Below the pieces are notes generated by a model that was not told the DNA's origin, ran no database searches, and was given only the letters and a program-made list of their open reading frames with translations. From an uncultured delta proteobacterium (GTDB lineage: Bacteria; Desulfobacterota; WTBG01): 64,000 bases of DNA. Of this stretch, positions 42,103-53,090 are shown one piece after another. Location of the stretch: positions 768,001-832,000 of the forward strand of contig CAWCBP010000001.1 of assembly GCA_963793865.1 (NCBI GenBank), given 5' to 3'. Numbering within the stretch: position 1 is the first letter of the stretch; every line of letters starts with the position of its first letter. The translations under genes and the position numbers were made by a program.

Positions 42103-43284
42103 CTACGGCAGGGGGGTGCGTCTGCCGAAAAAGAGCAGGCACACCAGAGAAGAGCTTACAAGGCCCACCAAGGTACACGCATAGAAAACACCGGACAGGG
42201 ACCAGCAATCAAGGATAAAACCTGACAGGAGTGGCCCAATGCCCAGCCCGGCGCTCATGGCGACATTAAAAATGGCCATGGTGGTTCCCATGCCGAACTG
42301 TTTTCCCTCGGTTACGGTGAGGGCGCTTGCCGCGGGCAGCGAAATGGCGCCGAGAAAACCCAGGACGATGTTAAGTAAAAGCAGCTGGGAGAAATTGCCC
42401 GTCAGGGGAATAAGCGGTACGAGGGCAAAATAGAGAAAGCTGCCGGAGGCGACAAGGAATTTGCGGTCTGCCCGGTCCGCTAATCTGCCAAAAGGCATCT
42501 GCAGAAACGCGGTGAGCAGGATGCTTGATGCAATCACCACGCCTATTTGTGACCCGCTGAGCTTAAGGCTGTTGTGGGCATACAGGGGGACAAAGGCCAT
42601 GATGGTGCCGCGGCAGAAGGCATTGGAAAAGCGGTACAGGCAGATGCCCATGATGTTTCTGCTCTTCAGCATGGTGGCAAAAGGAACCGAGAGGGGAGGA
42701 GCGGGTTTCTGGACACTGCTGGAGCGGGGAAGGTACATTATAACCAGGATGAGAGCAAGCAGGCAGAGTCCCCCCATGAAAAGAAAATTAGCCTCCATGC
42801 TGGCCAGGTCCTGGCAGATGCCGCCGATGAGCGGGCCGCATCCGAAGCCCAGGAAAAGGGCAACGCTGAACATCCCCATGTAGCTTCCTTCCCGGTTCGG
42901 CGGGGAAATATCAGCAATGAAGGCCATGGCTATGGGTATAATCATGGCGGATGAAGCGCCCTGGATGAGGCGGACCGCGAAAAGCTCCTGCGCACTGCCG
43001 GCGTATATGTATCCCAGGGACGAGAGCGTGTAAATCAGCAGCCCGCCGGTTATGAACCGCTTTCTCCCCATGCGGTCGGAGATGCGCCCGACAGCGGGCA
43101 TGGCAACGCTCCGGGCGAGGTTGAATATTGCAAAGATGGCACCCAGCCACATGCCGTTTGCCCCCAGCGTCTCAGCGTAAAGAGGAAGTATGGGCACGAT
43201 GATGCCCACGCCGAGCATGGAGGTGAAGATGGAGATGAAAAGTACAAACAATATTTTTTTTCTGGTCGCCGACTGATCACTCAT
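42103..43284 (-). CDS. MFS transporter (DHA1-like)
   Basis: GRISDRMGRK motif A; ~12 TMs. Confidence 0.92.
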   Translation of the reverse strand: MSDQSATRKKILFVLFISIFTSMLGVGIIVPILPLYAETLGANGMWLGAIFAIFNLARSVAMPAVGRISDRMGRKRFITGGLLIYTLSSLGYIYAGSAQELFAVRLIQGASSAMIIPIAMAFIADISPPNREGSYMGMFSVALFLGFGCGPLIGGICQDLASMEANFLFMGGLCLLALILVIMYLPRSSSVQKPAPPLSVPFATMLKSRNIMGICLYRFSNAFCRGTIMAFVPLYAHNSLKLSGSQIGVVIASSILLTAFLQMPFGRLADRADRKFLVASGSFLYFALVPLIPLTGNFSQLLLLNIVLGFLGAISLPAASALTVTEGKQFGMGTTMAIFNVAMSAGLGIGPLLSGFILDCWSLSGVFYACTLVGLVSSSLVCLLFFGRRTPLP

Positions 43285-43343
43285 ATGGGAAGATGGCAGT
43301 AAAGGATAATGCCCGGTACCATGGAAGCATGAACATCTGCATC

Positions 43344-44531
43344 TTACGATTTAAATGGGGCGTGGTGATGAGGAAGGTGCCTGGCTATCTCGAGATAGAC
43401 CTTTTTTAAAGGGATGCGGTGCTTCCGGGCAATCATTTTGCACGCCTCATACTCGGGTGCCGCGAACGTGCTGCCATCGGGATAGGTGACTATCTTGACC
43501 TCGATCCGGCCATAGGGGGTGCGGATATTTTTTATCTGCCGGGGAAGCTTTATCCGTTCAGCCTGATAGTAGCGTATGCCGGAGGTGGATGATTCCTGAA
43601 ACATGATGGCCAGGAGATCCTCCTTCTTCTCGGGGTGGCAGATGATCTTGAGCAGCACCCCCGGGCGGTTTTTTTTCATCTGCAGGGGGGCAAGTGATAC
43701 ATCCAGGGCGCCGGCAGAGAAAAGCCGCTCCATGAGGTAGTCGTAGATCTCCGGGTTCATGTTATCAATGTTGGCCTCGAGGACCAGCACCTGGTCGGCG
43801 TGGGCGTCAGCCTCCTGTTCGCCCAGAATCAGGCGAAGCATGTTGGGCCTGTCAGGGAGCTGCCTGCTGCCGACTCCGTAGCCGATGCTGCTTATCTTCA
43901 TGGGCGGCATGGGACCGAAGTGCCGGGTCAGGCTGGTGATGAGCGCCGCCCCGGTCGGCGTCACCAGCTCTTCATTGAGAGGAATACCGTATACCGGTAC
44001 TCCCTGCAGCAGGTCGAGGCTTGCGGGTGCCGGCAGGGGGATCACCCCGTGCCGGCTGGAGATGAGTCCCGAAGCAAGCGGCAGCGGTGAGGCATATATC
44101 CGGTCGAGGTTAAAGTAATTGATCCCGATGGCGGTGCCCACAATGTCAACGATGGAATCGAGCGCTCCTACTTCATGAAAGTGGACCCTTGAAGGTTTTG
44201 TCCCATGGATTTTTGCTTCGGATTCCGCCAGCCGTCGGAATACGGTGAGACTGAGACTCTTTACACCCGCTGAAAGCGTGCTTTCGGAAATCATGCGCCG
44301 GATATCGGAGAAGGTCCGGTGGGAATGTCCGTGCCCGGCTGCGTCCACGGTGATCTGACAGCCGGTGAGGTGCATCCTCTGCGCGGCATGGAGGCGCAGG
44401 GTGTAGCGGCCGGCGGTAAGACGCTTCAGTTCACGCCTGAGAATTTTTTCCGGCAGGCCGGCGTTGAGCAGCGCGCCAAGCAGCATGTCACCGCTGATGC
44501 CCGAAAAGCAGTCCAGATAGGCTATCTTCAT
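43344..44531 (-). CDS. larC: nickel pincer cofactor nickel insertase LarC
   Basis: DCFSGISGDM, HFHEVGALDSIVD, TPTGAA, MKKNRPG. Confidence 0.95.
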   Translation of the reverse strand: MKIAYLDCFSGISGDMLLGALLNAGLPEKILRRELKRLTAGRYTLRLHAAQRMHLTGCQITVDAAGHGHSHRTFSDIRRMISESTLSAGVKSLSLTVFRRLAESEAKIHGTKPSRVHFHEVGALDSIVDIVGTAIGINYFNLDRIYASPLPLASGLISSRHGVIPLPAPASLDLLQGVPVYGIPLNEELVTPTGAALITSLTRHFGPMPPMKISSIGYGVGSRQLPDRPNMLRLILGEQEADAHADQVLVLEANIDNMNPEIYDYLMERLFSAGALDVSLAPLQMKKNRPGVLLKIICHPEKKEDLLAIMFQESSTSGIRYYQAERIKLPRQIKNIRTPYGRIEVKIVTYPDGSTFAAPEYEACKMIARKHRIPLKKVYLEIARHLPHHHAPFKS

Positions 44532-44539
44532 AGGTGCAC

Positions 44540-45292
44540 CTAGGACCTGTTGATCAGGCCGGCTATGTAGCCGGCACCGAATCCATTATCAATGTTGACC
44601 ACCGCAATGCCCGAGGCGCAGGAGTTGAGCATGGAAAGCAATGCGGCGATGCCGCCGAACCCGGTACCGTAACCCGTGCTGGTGGGTACGGCGATGACCG
44701 GCTTATCCACCATGCCGCCAATCACGCTGGGCAATGCGCCTTCCATGCCCGCGACCACAATCAGTACCGAGGCGGAAAAAAGCTTGTCCCTCTTTTCCAT
44801 AAGGCGGTGAATGCCGGCCACACCCACGTCATAAAGCCGGTCTACGGCGTTGCCCATGATGGAAGCGGTAATCAGGGCCTCTTCCGCAACCGGAATGTCG
44901 GATGTGCCCGCGGATACCACCAGAATGGTTCCACGGCCCTTCGGTACCTGCTTTTTCTGCCGCAGCGTGAGGAGACGGGAAGCCGGATGGTAGGTAAGGG
45001 AGGGCAGCGCCCTTCTTATGCGGGCTGCCTTGCCGGCGTCGACCCGGGTCACCAGTATGGGCTCTTTATTGCACAGCATTTTTTTGATGATGGTGATTAT
45101 CTGGGATGATGTTTTACCCTCTCCCCAGATGACCTCGGGAAAGCCTTTTCGCAAGGTACGGTGATGATCCAGTGATGCAAAGCCGATATCCTCAAACGGC
45201 AGGCTTTTGAGCCGCGCAAGAGCTGCATCGATGGAGATGGTTTGACGCCTCACCCCTTCAAGCACCTTTTTTATGTCATCAGGTCGCATCAT
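44540..45292 (-). CDS. larB: nickel pincer cofactor biosynthesis protein LarB
   Basis: GFPEVIWGEGKT, AGTSDIPVAEEA, DVGVAGIHR, AGMEGAL, VNIDNGFGA. Confidence 0.95.
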   Translation of the reverse strand: MMRPDDIKKVLEGVRRQTISIDAALARLKSLPFEDIGFASLDHHRTLRKGFPEVIWGEGKTSSQIITIIKKMLCNKEPILVTRVDAGKAARIRRALPSLTYHPASRLLTLRQKKQVPKGRGTILVVSAGTSDIPVAEEALITASIMGNAVDRLYDVGVAGIHRLMEKRDKLFSASVLIVVAGMEGALPSVIGGMVDKPVIAVPTSTGYGTGFGGIAALLSMLNSCASGIAVVNIDNGFGAGYIAGLINRS

Positions 45293-45294
45293 TA

Positions 45295-46308
45295 CTACCC
45301 GGCAGATGAAAAGTGGTCGAAACCCAATTTCCCGATATCATAAGGCTGGTGTTTCGAATCGAGCACTACCAGCCCCCCCGCGTCGGTAATCTCGCCGATT
45401 TTTGTGACCGGTACCGAAAAGCCCTCGGCCAGCTTGAGCAGTTCACCTTCACGATCGTTTGCAGCGGTGAAAAGCAGCTCGTAGTCCTCTCCCCCGGAGA
45501 GGGCGTAATCGATCCTTCGTTCGCCCCCGGAAAGCGGGCAGTGTAAAAAGTCCTCAGAGAGAGGCAGGCGGTCAAGCGCAATGGTAGCCCCTTTGTCGCT
45601 TGCCGCAAGCAGACGCGACAGGTCCGCGAGGAGTCCATCGCTTACATCGATCATGGAAGATGGAATATGGTTTTCCGCAAGCATGCGTCCCTCGAGGACC
45701 CGGGGGACCGGTGTAAGGTGGCGTGCCGCCAGGGTTTTAAAAGGAGAGCGCAACGCGTTCTCCCGTTCCCGCTTCAAAAGATTCAGGCCCAGGGAGGAAT
45801 CTCCCAGCGTGCCGGTAACCCAGATGGAATCGCCCCCCCGGGCGCCGCATCGCCTGACGGCCTGGTCGGGTGGTATCTCTCCCAGGATGGTTATGTCAAT
45901 CACCAGCTGCAGGGGCGAAGCATTGGTGTCGCCGCCCGCCAGCCGTGTGTTATAGTGACCGGCAAGCGTCATCATTCCCCGGTAGAGGTCATCTACAAAT
46001 CGCAGCGGGAGGTGCGGCGGCAGGCCGAGAGAAACAAGAAAAAACCGCGGGATGCCGCCCATGGCCGCGATATCGCTCAAATTAACCGCAAGGGATTTTG
46101 TGCCCAGGCTCAGGGCGTCGGTAAGCCCCAGATCGAAGTGAACCTGTTCGATCAGGAGATCACAGCTGATGAGCAGCAGCTGATGCTCGGTCAGCCTGAG
46201 CGCAGCCGCGTCATCACCTATGCCGCAGGCAATGGAAGGATCTCCGGCCCCATAGGCAGCGGAAATGCGCTTAATGAGCCCGGATTCGCCTAGTGCTTTG
46301 ATGTCCAC
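45295..46308 (-). CDS. thiL: thiamine-phosphate kinase
   Basis: [37 protein letters not shown]. Confidence 0.96.
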   Translation of the reverse strand: MDIKALGESGLIKRISAAYGAGDPSIACGIGDDAAALRLTEHQLLLISCDLLIEQVHFDLGLTDALSLGTKSLAVNLSDIAAMGGIPRFFLVSLGLPPHLPLRFVDDLYRGMMTLAGHYNTRLAGGDTNASPLQLVIDITILGEIPPDQAVRRCGARGGDSIWVTGTLGDSSLGLNLLKRERENALRSPFKTLAARHLTPVPRVLEGRMLAENHIPSSMIDVSDGLLADLSRLLAASDKGATIALDRLPLSEDFLHCPLSGGERRIDYALSGGEDYELLFTAANDREGELLKLAEGFSVPVTKIGEITDAGGLVVLDSKHQPYDIGKLGFDHFSSAG

Positions 46309-48676
46309 CTGCTTTTTTTATCCCCGGCAGCCTGCGTTTGTAGAGGGCATGATGGAGGACATCATCCATGGTGCGGGCAAATACAAACGTGAGCCGCTCT
46401 TTTATGTTTTCAGGTATTTCTTCCAGATCCTTTTTGTTGCGCTCGGGAACGATGATGGTCTTGATCTTGGCGCGAATGGCGCCCAGGGACTTTTCCTTGA
46501 GGCCTCCGACCGGGAGCACCCGGCCGCGCAGGGTGATTTCTCCGGTCATGGCCACGTCCTTTTTAACCGGTGTTTTGGTAAGGGATGAGATGACCGCGGT
46601 TGCCATGGTAACGCCCGCCGATGGCCCGTCCTTGGGAATGGCCCCTGCGGGAACATGGATATGGATGTCAAGCTTTTCATGAAAGTCGGGATTGATGTTC
46701 AATTCCCGGGCTTTTGAGCGGGCATAACTTAAGGCTGCCTGGGCGGATTCCTTCATGACGTCCCCGAGATGTCCGGTCAGGGTTAAATTTCCCTTGCCTT
46801 TCATGGTTGAGGCCTCAACATACAACACCTCTCCGCCGGCCTGAGTCCAGGCAAGTCCGGTAGCAACCCCTATTTGATTTGCCTCCTGCTCGGACTCCGG
46901 GAGATATGTGGGAACCCCGAGATATTTGTGCAGGTTTTCGGTGGTGATATGATGTGCCCCGGGTTTGTTCTCGGCGAGACTCCGGGCCACCTTCCGGCAC
47001 ATGGCGGCAATCTCCCGCTCCAGATTTCGCAGTCCGGACTCCTGGGTGTAATGGGAAATGGCCATGAGCAGCGCGCTGTCATCAATTTTCAGGTTCTTTT
47101 TGCTGATGCCGTTTTCTTCCAGCTGTCGGGGTATAAGGAATTGCTTGGCAATCATCAGCTTTTCTTCGTCGGTGTAACCGGAGATGGTGATGATTTCCAT
47201 CCGGTCCTTCAGCGCGGAAAGAATTGGGTCAACCAGGTTTGCCGTGGTAATAAACATGACATTGGAGAGGTCGAAGGGCAGGTTGAGATAGTGATCGCTG
47301 AAGGAAAAGTTCTGCTCGGGATCAAGCACCTCCAGCAGAGCCGCTGAGGGGTCGCCCCGGAAGTCGGCGCCAACCTTGTCGATCTCATCCATCATGAACA
47401 CCGGATTATTGCTTTGCGACTGCTTGATGCCCTGAATGATCCGTCCCGGCAGGGCCCCGATATATGTTCTGCGGTGGCCCCTGATCTCCGCCTCGTCGCG
47501 TATGCCGCCCAGGGAAATCCTGGTGAACTTTCTTCCCAGTGCCCGGGCAATCGACTTCCCCAGCGAGGTTTTGCCCACCCCCGGCGGTCCCACGAAACAG
47601 AGGATGGGGCCCTTCATTTTCTTTTTTAATTTCCTGACGGCAAGATATTCCAGGATGCGCTCTTTCACCTTTTCCAGATTGTAATGATCCTGATCCAGCA
47701 CCTCCTTGGCCTTTTTGATGTCCAAATTGTCCCTGGTTTGCCTGCTCCAGGGTATTTCCACCAGCCAGTCGAGATAAGTGCGCACGATGGAAGCCTCGGC
47801 CGCGTCGGCATGCATCTGATCAAGCCGGCTCAGCTGCTTTTTGGCCTCCTTTTCCACCTCCTCCGGCATCTTGGCCTGCTTGATCTTTTTGGTCAGCTCG
47901 GCCACCTCCGCGGCCTTTTCATCAATGTCTCCCAGCTCGGCTTTTATGGCCTTGAGCTGCTCGCGCAGAAAATATTCGCGCTGGGTTTTGGTCATCTCCT
48001 CCTTGGCCTGGGACTGTATCTTGGCCTGCATGGTCGATACTTCCAGCTCCTTGGAAAGATGCTCATTTACCTTTTTGAGCCGCTCGGAGGGATCAAGGGT
48101 CTCCAGAATTCCTTGCGAGTCCTCTATCTTGAGCCGCAAGTTCGACGCTACCAGGTCGGCAAGCCGTCCCGGCTCATTGACGCTGTCCAGGATTTCTATG
48201 ACTTCAGTGGAGATAAGGCCCTTGAGCGACAATATCTTTTCGCACTGCTCCTTCACGTTTCTCATCAGCGCTTCAATTTCCGGCGTAACCTGCGAAGCAG
48301 CAACATCAGGGGCTTCCTCGATAGCCACCTGGAACGATGGCTCAACTCTCAGGTATTCCTTGATCCGGGCGGTGACCAGACCCTGTATCAGTATTTTAAC
48401 CCGGCCGTCCGGAAGCTTGAATTTCTTCATGATCATTGCCACCGTGCCGGTCGCATAGATATCCTCCGGCTTGGGATTGTCGTTGTTCGGATCCTTCTGG
48501 GTGGCAATGCAAATGAGGCGGTCCTTGCTCAACGCCTCATCAACAGCGCTGATGGAGGATTCCCTCCCCACGTATAAGGGCAGAAACATGTGGTTAAAAA
48601 TCACAATGTCCCGGACCGGAAGCAGCGGCAGGGCCTTGGGTATTTCAATCGGTTCTTTTCCTTCAGCTTGCACCAT
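46271..48676 (-). CDS. lon: Lon protease
   Basis: [24 protein letters not shown]. Confidence 0.98.
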   Translation of the reverse strand: MVQAEGKEPIEIPKALPLLPVRDIVIFNHMFLPLYVGRESSISAVDEALSKDRLICIATQKDPNNDNPKPEDIYATGTVAMIMKKFKLPDGRVKILIQGLVTARIKEYLRVEPSFQVAIEEAPDVAASQVTPEIEALMRNVKEQCEKILSLKGLISTEVIEILDSVNEPGRLADLVASNLRLKIEDSQGILETLDPSERLKKVNEHLSKELEVSTMQAKIQSQAKEEMTKTQREYFLREQLKAIKAELGDIDEKAAEVAELTKKIKQAKMPEEVEKEAKKQLSRLDQMHADAAEASIVRTYLDWLVEIPWSRQTRDNLDIKKAKEVLDQDHYNLEKVKERILEYLAVRKLKKKMKGPILCFVGPPGVGKTSLGKSIARALGRKFTRISLGGIRDEAEIRGHRRTYIGALPGRIIQGIKQSQSNNPVFMMDEIDKVGADFRGDPSAALLEVLDPEQNFSFSDHYLNLPFDLSNVMFITTANLVDPILSALKDRMEIITISGYTDEEKLMIAKQFLIPRQLEENGISKKNLKIDDSALLMAISHYTQESGLRNLEREIAAMCRKVARSLAENKPGAHHITTENLHKYLGVPTYLPESEQEANQIGVATGLAWTQAGGEVLYVEASTMKGKGNLTLTGHLGDVMKESAQAALSYARSKARELNINPDFHEKLDIHIHVPAGAIPKDGPSAGVTMATAVISSLTKTPVKKDVAMTGEITLRGRVLPVGGLKEKSLGAIRAKIKTIIVPERNKKDLEEIPENIKERLTFVFARTMDDVLHHALYKRRLPGIKKAGGHQSTRRIRAH

Positions 48677-48998
48677 AGAATGCTGACCTTTCCTTGGCTG
48701 TAAAAAAATTATCTTTTTGTTTTTACTATAACATTACTTTCAAGCAAGGGTCAAGTGCATAGTGGCGGGGCGGAGTGTCATCGCTCTATTTCCGCGGTGT
48801 AATCGTGTGATTACCTGTGTTGCTCATATGCATGCCTGCAGCGGTGACTTATTTTTGAGACAGCAACACATGGATGGCGAGGGAATGCCCGAAAATCCTT
48901 TAAGCCCGCCGCGGCAGTCTCAAGAATGGGCTTTACATATTTTGAAAATATGGTATTTTTTCCCGAAGAAATCCTTAATACCATACCGGGAGGCCAAG

Positions 48999-49685
48999 GT
49001 GACCGAAGCGCCGCACAAAATATCCGTCGTGATTCCCGCCCTCAACGAGGAACATACCATTGCCGAGATCATCGAGGGGGCAAAGCCATACGCGGATGAA
49101 ATCCTGGTGGTGGACGGGCACTCTCAGGACAGGACCCGGGAGGTTGCTGAAGCGCTGGGTGTCAGGGTCATACTGGATAACCGGAAGGGAAAGGGCGAGG
49201 CACTGCGGCATTCCCTCAACTTCGCCACCGGTGATATACTGGTTTTCATTGATGCCGACGGGTCACACGACCCCGGAGATATTCCCCTGCTGGTGGAGCC
49301 CATCAAAAAGGGTGAGGCGGACCATGTGTCCGGTTCGCGCCTGACGGGCGGGTCAAGCGAACTGCACGGGGGCTTCGATGAATGCTTCCGACTCATGGGC
49401 AGCTCCTTTATTACCGCCTGCATCAACTGGAGGTTTAAAGTCCGGCTGAGTGAAAGCCAGAACGGCTTTCGGGCGATTCGCGCCGATGTGATGAGACAGC
49501 TGGGCCTGGTTGAAGATATTACCACCATCGAGCAGGAAATGATTATCAAGACCCTGAAAAAGGGTTTCCGGATGGCTGAAGTTCCCAGCCACGAGCATGT
49601 GCGCAAGATGGGCTATTCAAAAATCAGCCTCAGGAAGGTCTGGTTCAGGTACGTCTATTCAATGATCAAGTACCTCTTTTTCTAA
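48999..49685 (+). CDS. GT2 glycosyltransferase (polyprenol-phosphate sugar synthase-like)
   Basis: IPALNEE, VVDGHSQD, GKG.A, FIDADGSHDP, GSR, GFRA. Confidence 0.92.
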   Translation: MTEAPHKISVVIPALNEEHTIAEIIEGAKPYADEILVVDGHSQDRTREVAEALGVRVILDNRKGKGEALRHSLNFATGDILVFIDADGSHDPGDIPLLVEPIKKGEADHVSGSRLTGGSSELHGGFDECFRLMGSSFITACINWRFKVRLSESQNGFRAIRADVMRQLGLVEDITTIEQEMIIKTLKKGFRMAEVPSHEHVRKMGYSKISLRKVWFRYVYSMIKYLFF

Positions 49686-49750
49686 CAGGCTGTTGAAAAA
49701 CACGCATCCCCTGCGTTACATGCTCATCCTTCGGCATTGCAGCGTACCTG
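49686..49750. repeat. possible IS/MITE left-end remnant
   Basis: CAGGCTGTTGAAAAA directly after the GT2 stop resembles IS5/IS1182-type termini; no matching right end found. Confidence 0.35.
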
Positions 49751-49825
49751 CATTTATTAAATAATGCACAATAACCGTACACCGGCACACCCTCATTGAA
49801 ATGGGGGTCTGCCCGGACGCCGAAT

Positions 49826-51250
49826 ATGCGTGTTCTTTTGCTGAATCCTCCTGCCGGAGGCGGGAGGAAATTTATTAGGGAAGGCAGATGCACCCAGGAA
49901 CAGGGGGTGTGGGCCACGCTCTGGCCCCCGCTTTCCCTGGCCGTCATCGGCGCGGTGCTGGAGCGTGACGGCCATCAGGTTCGCATCATGGATTGTCCCG
50001 CCCAGGGCCGGACCTTCGATGACGTGAAGATGGCCATTGGCGAAATGAGTCCCGGGGTGATTATCTGGAGCACCGGAACGCCGTCCATAGAGAACGATCT
50101 GCAGCTTGCCTCACGCATCAAGGTCTGGAGCCCGGCCGCGCGTACGGTGGTTTTCGGCACCCATGTGACCGCGCTGGACCGGGAGTGCCTGCAGTCGGCG
50201 CCGGGCCTGGATATCATCGTGCGCAATGAGCCGGAAGCGACGCTGGCCGAGCTGGTCAGGAACCTTTCGGAAGCGAAGGGAATAGAGGGTATCACCGGAA
50301 TAACCTACCGGAATGAACAGGGAGGCGCTGTCCGCAACCCGGCGCGCCCCTTTATGGAAAACCTTGATGATCTGCCCTTTCCCGCCTGGCACCTGATCGA
50401 TGTGGATCGTTACCGGCTGCCCCTCAAGGGACGACCGTTCCTGATGGTGGCCCCGTTGCGAGGCTGCCCCTTTGGATGCAGCTTCTGTACCTGTCACACG
50501 TATTATGGCGCGCGACTGCGCACTAGGTCGGTTGAGAGCGTGATCGCCGAGATTGTTCATGACCGGGAGCGCTTCGGCATCAGCGACTTTTTTTTCTGGG
50601 CCGAAACCTTCGTAGTCAACAAAGACTATGTGCGCCGGCTCTGCCGCGCCATGCTGGAACGGGGCGTGCGCATCGCCTGGACCGCCAACAGCCGGGTGGA
50701 CACGGTCGACGCGGAGCTGCTGTCGCTGATGGCCGAGGCAGGCTGCTGGATGATCAGCTTCGGGATTGAGTCGGCGAGCCAGGCGGTGCTTGACCGGGCG
50801 GACAAGGGAACCCGCGTCTCAGACGCGATGACGGCGGTTCAGCTTGCGCGGAAGGCAGGAATTAAAACGGTCGGCCACTTCATTCTCGGCCTGCCGGGAG
50901 AAACCGAGGAGTCGCTTGAAGAGACCATTGTATTTGCCGGGAAGCTCAAGCTGGACCTGGCGCAGTTTTACTGCGCCGTTCCCTTTCCCGGAAGCCGTCT
51001 GTATGAGCGCGCTCTGAAGGAAGGATGGATCAATCCGCCTGACTTCAGCAATTTCAACCAGAATACCCCGCTTCTGAATCTTCCCGGACTGCCCGCGGAA
51101 GTGGTGAGCCGCTATCGCGCCCGGGCCTACCGGCGATTTTATACAAGGCCGGCAAATGTGGTCAGGGCGCTGCGCCTGGTCAACTGGATGGACCTGCCCG
51201 GTCTTTTCCGGGCCATGGCCGCATTTGTCCGATGGATGCTAAAGCTATGA
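49826..51250 (+). CDS. B12-binding domain radical SAM protein
   Basis: LLNPP..WPPL.LA, RGCPFGCSFC, FGIESAS, FILGLPGET, PFPGS.LY. Confidence 0.93.
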   Translation: MRVLLLNPPAGGGRKFIREGRCTQEQGVWATLWPPLSLAVIGAVLERDGHQVRIMDCPAQGRTFDDVKMAIGEMSPGVIIWSTGTPSIENDLQLASRIKVWSPAARTVVFGTHVTALDRECLQSAPGLDIIVRNEPEATLAELVRNLSEAKGIEGITGITYRNEQGGAVRNPARPFMENLDDLPFPAWHLIDVDRYRLPLKGRPFLMVAPLRGCPFGCSFCTCHTYYGARLRTRSVESVIAEIVHDRERFGISDFFFWAETFVVNKDYVRRLCRAMLERGVRIAWTANSRVDTVDAELLSLMAEAGCWMISFGIESASQAVLDRADKGTRVSDAMTAVQLARKAGIKTVGHFILGLPGETEESLEETIVFAGKLKLDLAQFYCAVPFPGSRLYERALKEGWINPPDFSNFNQNTPLLNLPGLPAEVVSRYRARAYRRFYTRPANVVRALRLVNWMDLPGLFRAMAAFVRWMLKL

Positions 51251-51270
51251 TGTGCTGCTACTGGCAATAT

Positions 51271-51324
51271 CGGTAGGAGCGCCTTGAGGCGCGATGCTTT
51301 CGCGGCTTAAAGCCGCTCCTACCG
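51271..51324. repeat. GTAG-type REP-like palindromic element (copy B)
   Basis: cggtaggagcgcc...ttcgcggcttaaagccgctcctaccg. Confidence 0.75.
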
Positions 51325-51392
51325 GTTATCAATGTTTTTGAGAGATACATTCTCGGATTTCAACCTGTAAGAAACTAACCCGCATTTGGAGG

Positions 51393-53090
51393 GTGCCAGT
51401 GTATATTTTGGGCATATGGGACGGCCATGATTCCGGCGCCGCCGTCATCAAGGGAAACCGCGTTTTAGCGGCGATCAATGAGGAGCGTCTGACCCGCAGG
51501 AAACTGGAGATCCGCTTTCCCTATCAGTCGGTCAGGGAGTGCCTCAGGTACCTCAACCTGCAACCGGGTGACATTAAGCACATTGCGGTTTCCACCTTTG
51601 ACCTGTCTAAAACCATGGCCCGGCTTTTCCCCTCCACCAAGGAGGAATATTATCTCATCCGCAGACGGAAAAAAGCCCCCGGCCTGATGAGCACGCTCAA
51701 AAAGAGGGCAAAATATAAATTAACCGAGCTGCCGGCCAACAGTATAACCGCCCGCTTGAGCGGGATCTCCCTCAGGCGGACCCTTGATGAGCTGGGCTTT
51801 GCCGGCTGCCGGATGCAGCTTGTGGATCATCACCGCTGCCACGCCGCAGCCGCGGCCTTTTGCAGCGGGTTTGATGACTGCCTGGTGATTACCATCGACG
51901 GCATCGGGGATGCCCTCTCCGGCACCATCAGCACCTTTGCCGGGGGCAGGCTTGAGCGAATAACCGCCATCTCCGGAAGGCACTCCCTCGGCATCTTTTT
52001 TGAACACGTTACCAACCTGATGAACATGCGGGAACTGGAGGACGAAGGCAAGGTCATGGCCCTGGCAAATTATGCCTATCCCATTCCCGATGAGCACAAT
52101 CCCCTGCTCGATTTCATTCGGATACAGGGACTTGACGTGCGCTGCCGCTACAGCACGCTCAGGATGTATGACGAGCTTAAGAAAATATTATGGCGCTACC
52201 CGTCGGAACAGTTTGCCTACATGGCCCAGCGCACGCTTGAGGTGAAGATCGTTGAGCTGGTGCGCAACGCCCTCGCGGCGACCGGCAAAAGAAGGGTCGC
52301 GCTGGCAGGAGGGGTGTTTTCCAACATCAAGGTGAACATGCTCGTGCGCACGCTTGCCGGGGTTGATGGGTGCTATGTCTTTCCCCACATGGGAGACGGC
52401 GGACTGGCCCTGGGGGCGGCCCTGGCCGCAAACTATGATGTGAACGGGGTGAGCGGCTGCGTCCTGGACGATGTGTTTCTGGGCGCTGATTACACGGAGG
52501 AGCAGATGCAGGCGGCGCTTGCCGCGAGCGGCCTGGAATACCGTTCGTGTGACGCCATTGAGGAGGAGGCGGCGCAGCTCATCGCCCGTGGCTCCATCAT
52601 CTTCTGGTTTCAGGGCAGGATGGAATACGGACCGCGGGCCCTGGGAAACCGGAGCATACTGGCATTGCCCAATTCCAAACGGATACGGGATCTGCTGAAT
52701 CTGCGGCTGAAGATGCGGGTCTGGTACCAGCCGTTCTGCCCGACCATGCTCGAGGAGGAAGCGCCATCCTACCTGGAGGACTATGACGCGCCCAACCGGT
52801 TCATGACCATGGGATACATGGTTAAGGATGATCGGCGTGACGAGGTTGAGGGGGTCATCAGCGTTGACGGGAGCTGCAGGCCGCAGATGGTGGACGGCTC
52901 TTCCACCCGCTACGGGAAGCTGCTCGGCGCCCTGAAGGCGCTCACCGGAAGGGGGGTGCTGCTCAACACCAGCTTCAATCTGCACGGCGAACCCCTGGTG
53001 TGCTCACCCCAGGATGCCATCGACACCCTCAAGCGGACGGGCAATGAATATCTGGTCATGGGAAATTACCTGGTAAGGGGGAAGGCATGA
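51393..53090 (+). CDS. carbamoyltransferase (NodU/CmcH/TobZ family)
   Basis: GHDSGAA, EER..R.K, HH.CHA, DGIGD, EGKVMALA, EYGPRALGNRS, LNTSFNLHGEP. Confidence 0.95.
   Translation: MPVYILGIWDGHDSGAAVIKGNRVLAAINEERLTRRKLEIRFPYQSVRECLRYLNLQPGDIKHIAVSTFDLSKTMARLFPSTKEEYYLIRRRKKAPGLMSTLKKRAKYKLTELPANSITARLSGISLRRTLDELGFAGCRMQLVDHHRCHAAAAAFCSGFDDCLVITIDGIGDALSGTISTFAGGRLERITAISGRHSLGIFFEHVTNLMNMRELEDEGKVMALANYAYPIPDEHNPLLDFIRIQGLDVRCRYSTLRMYDELKKILWRYPSEQFAYMAQRTLEVKIVELVRNALAATGKRRVALAGGVFSNIKVNMLVRTLAGVDGCYVFPHMGDGGLALGAALAANYDVNGVSGCVLDDVFLGADYTEEQMQAALAASGLEYRSCDAIEEEAAQLIARGSIIFWFQGRMEYGPRALGNRSILALPNSKRIRDLLNLRLKMRVWYQPFCPTMLEEEAPSYLEDYDAPNRFMTMGYMVKDDRRDEVEGVISVDGSCRPQMVDGSSTRYGKLLGALKALTGRGVLLNTSFNLHGEPLVCSPQDAIDTLKRTGNEYLVMGNYLVRGKA

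Noticed and set aside
47684..48577. Long antisense ORFs over lon (and similar shadows over tadA, ccp, the carbamoyltransferase and thiL)
   Set aside because: These are opposite-strand shadows of well-supported genes, with no recognisable motifs.
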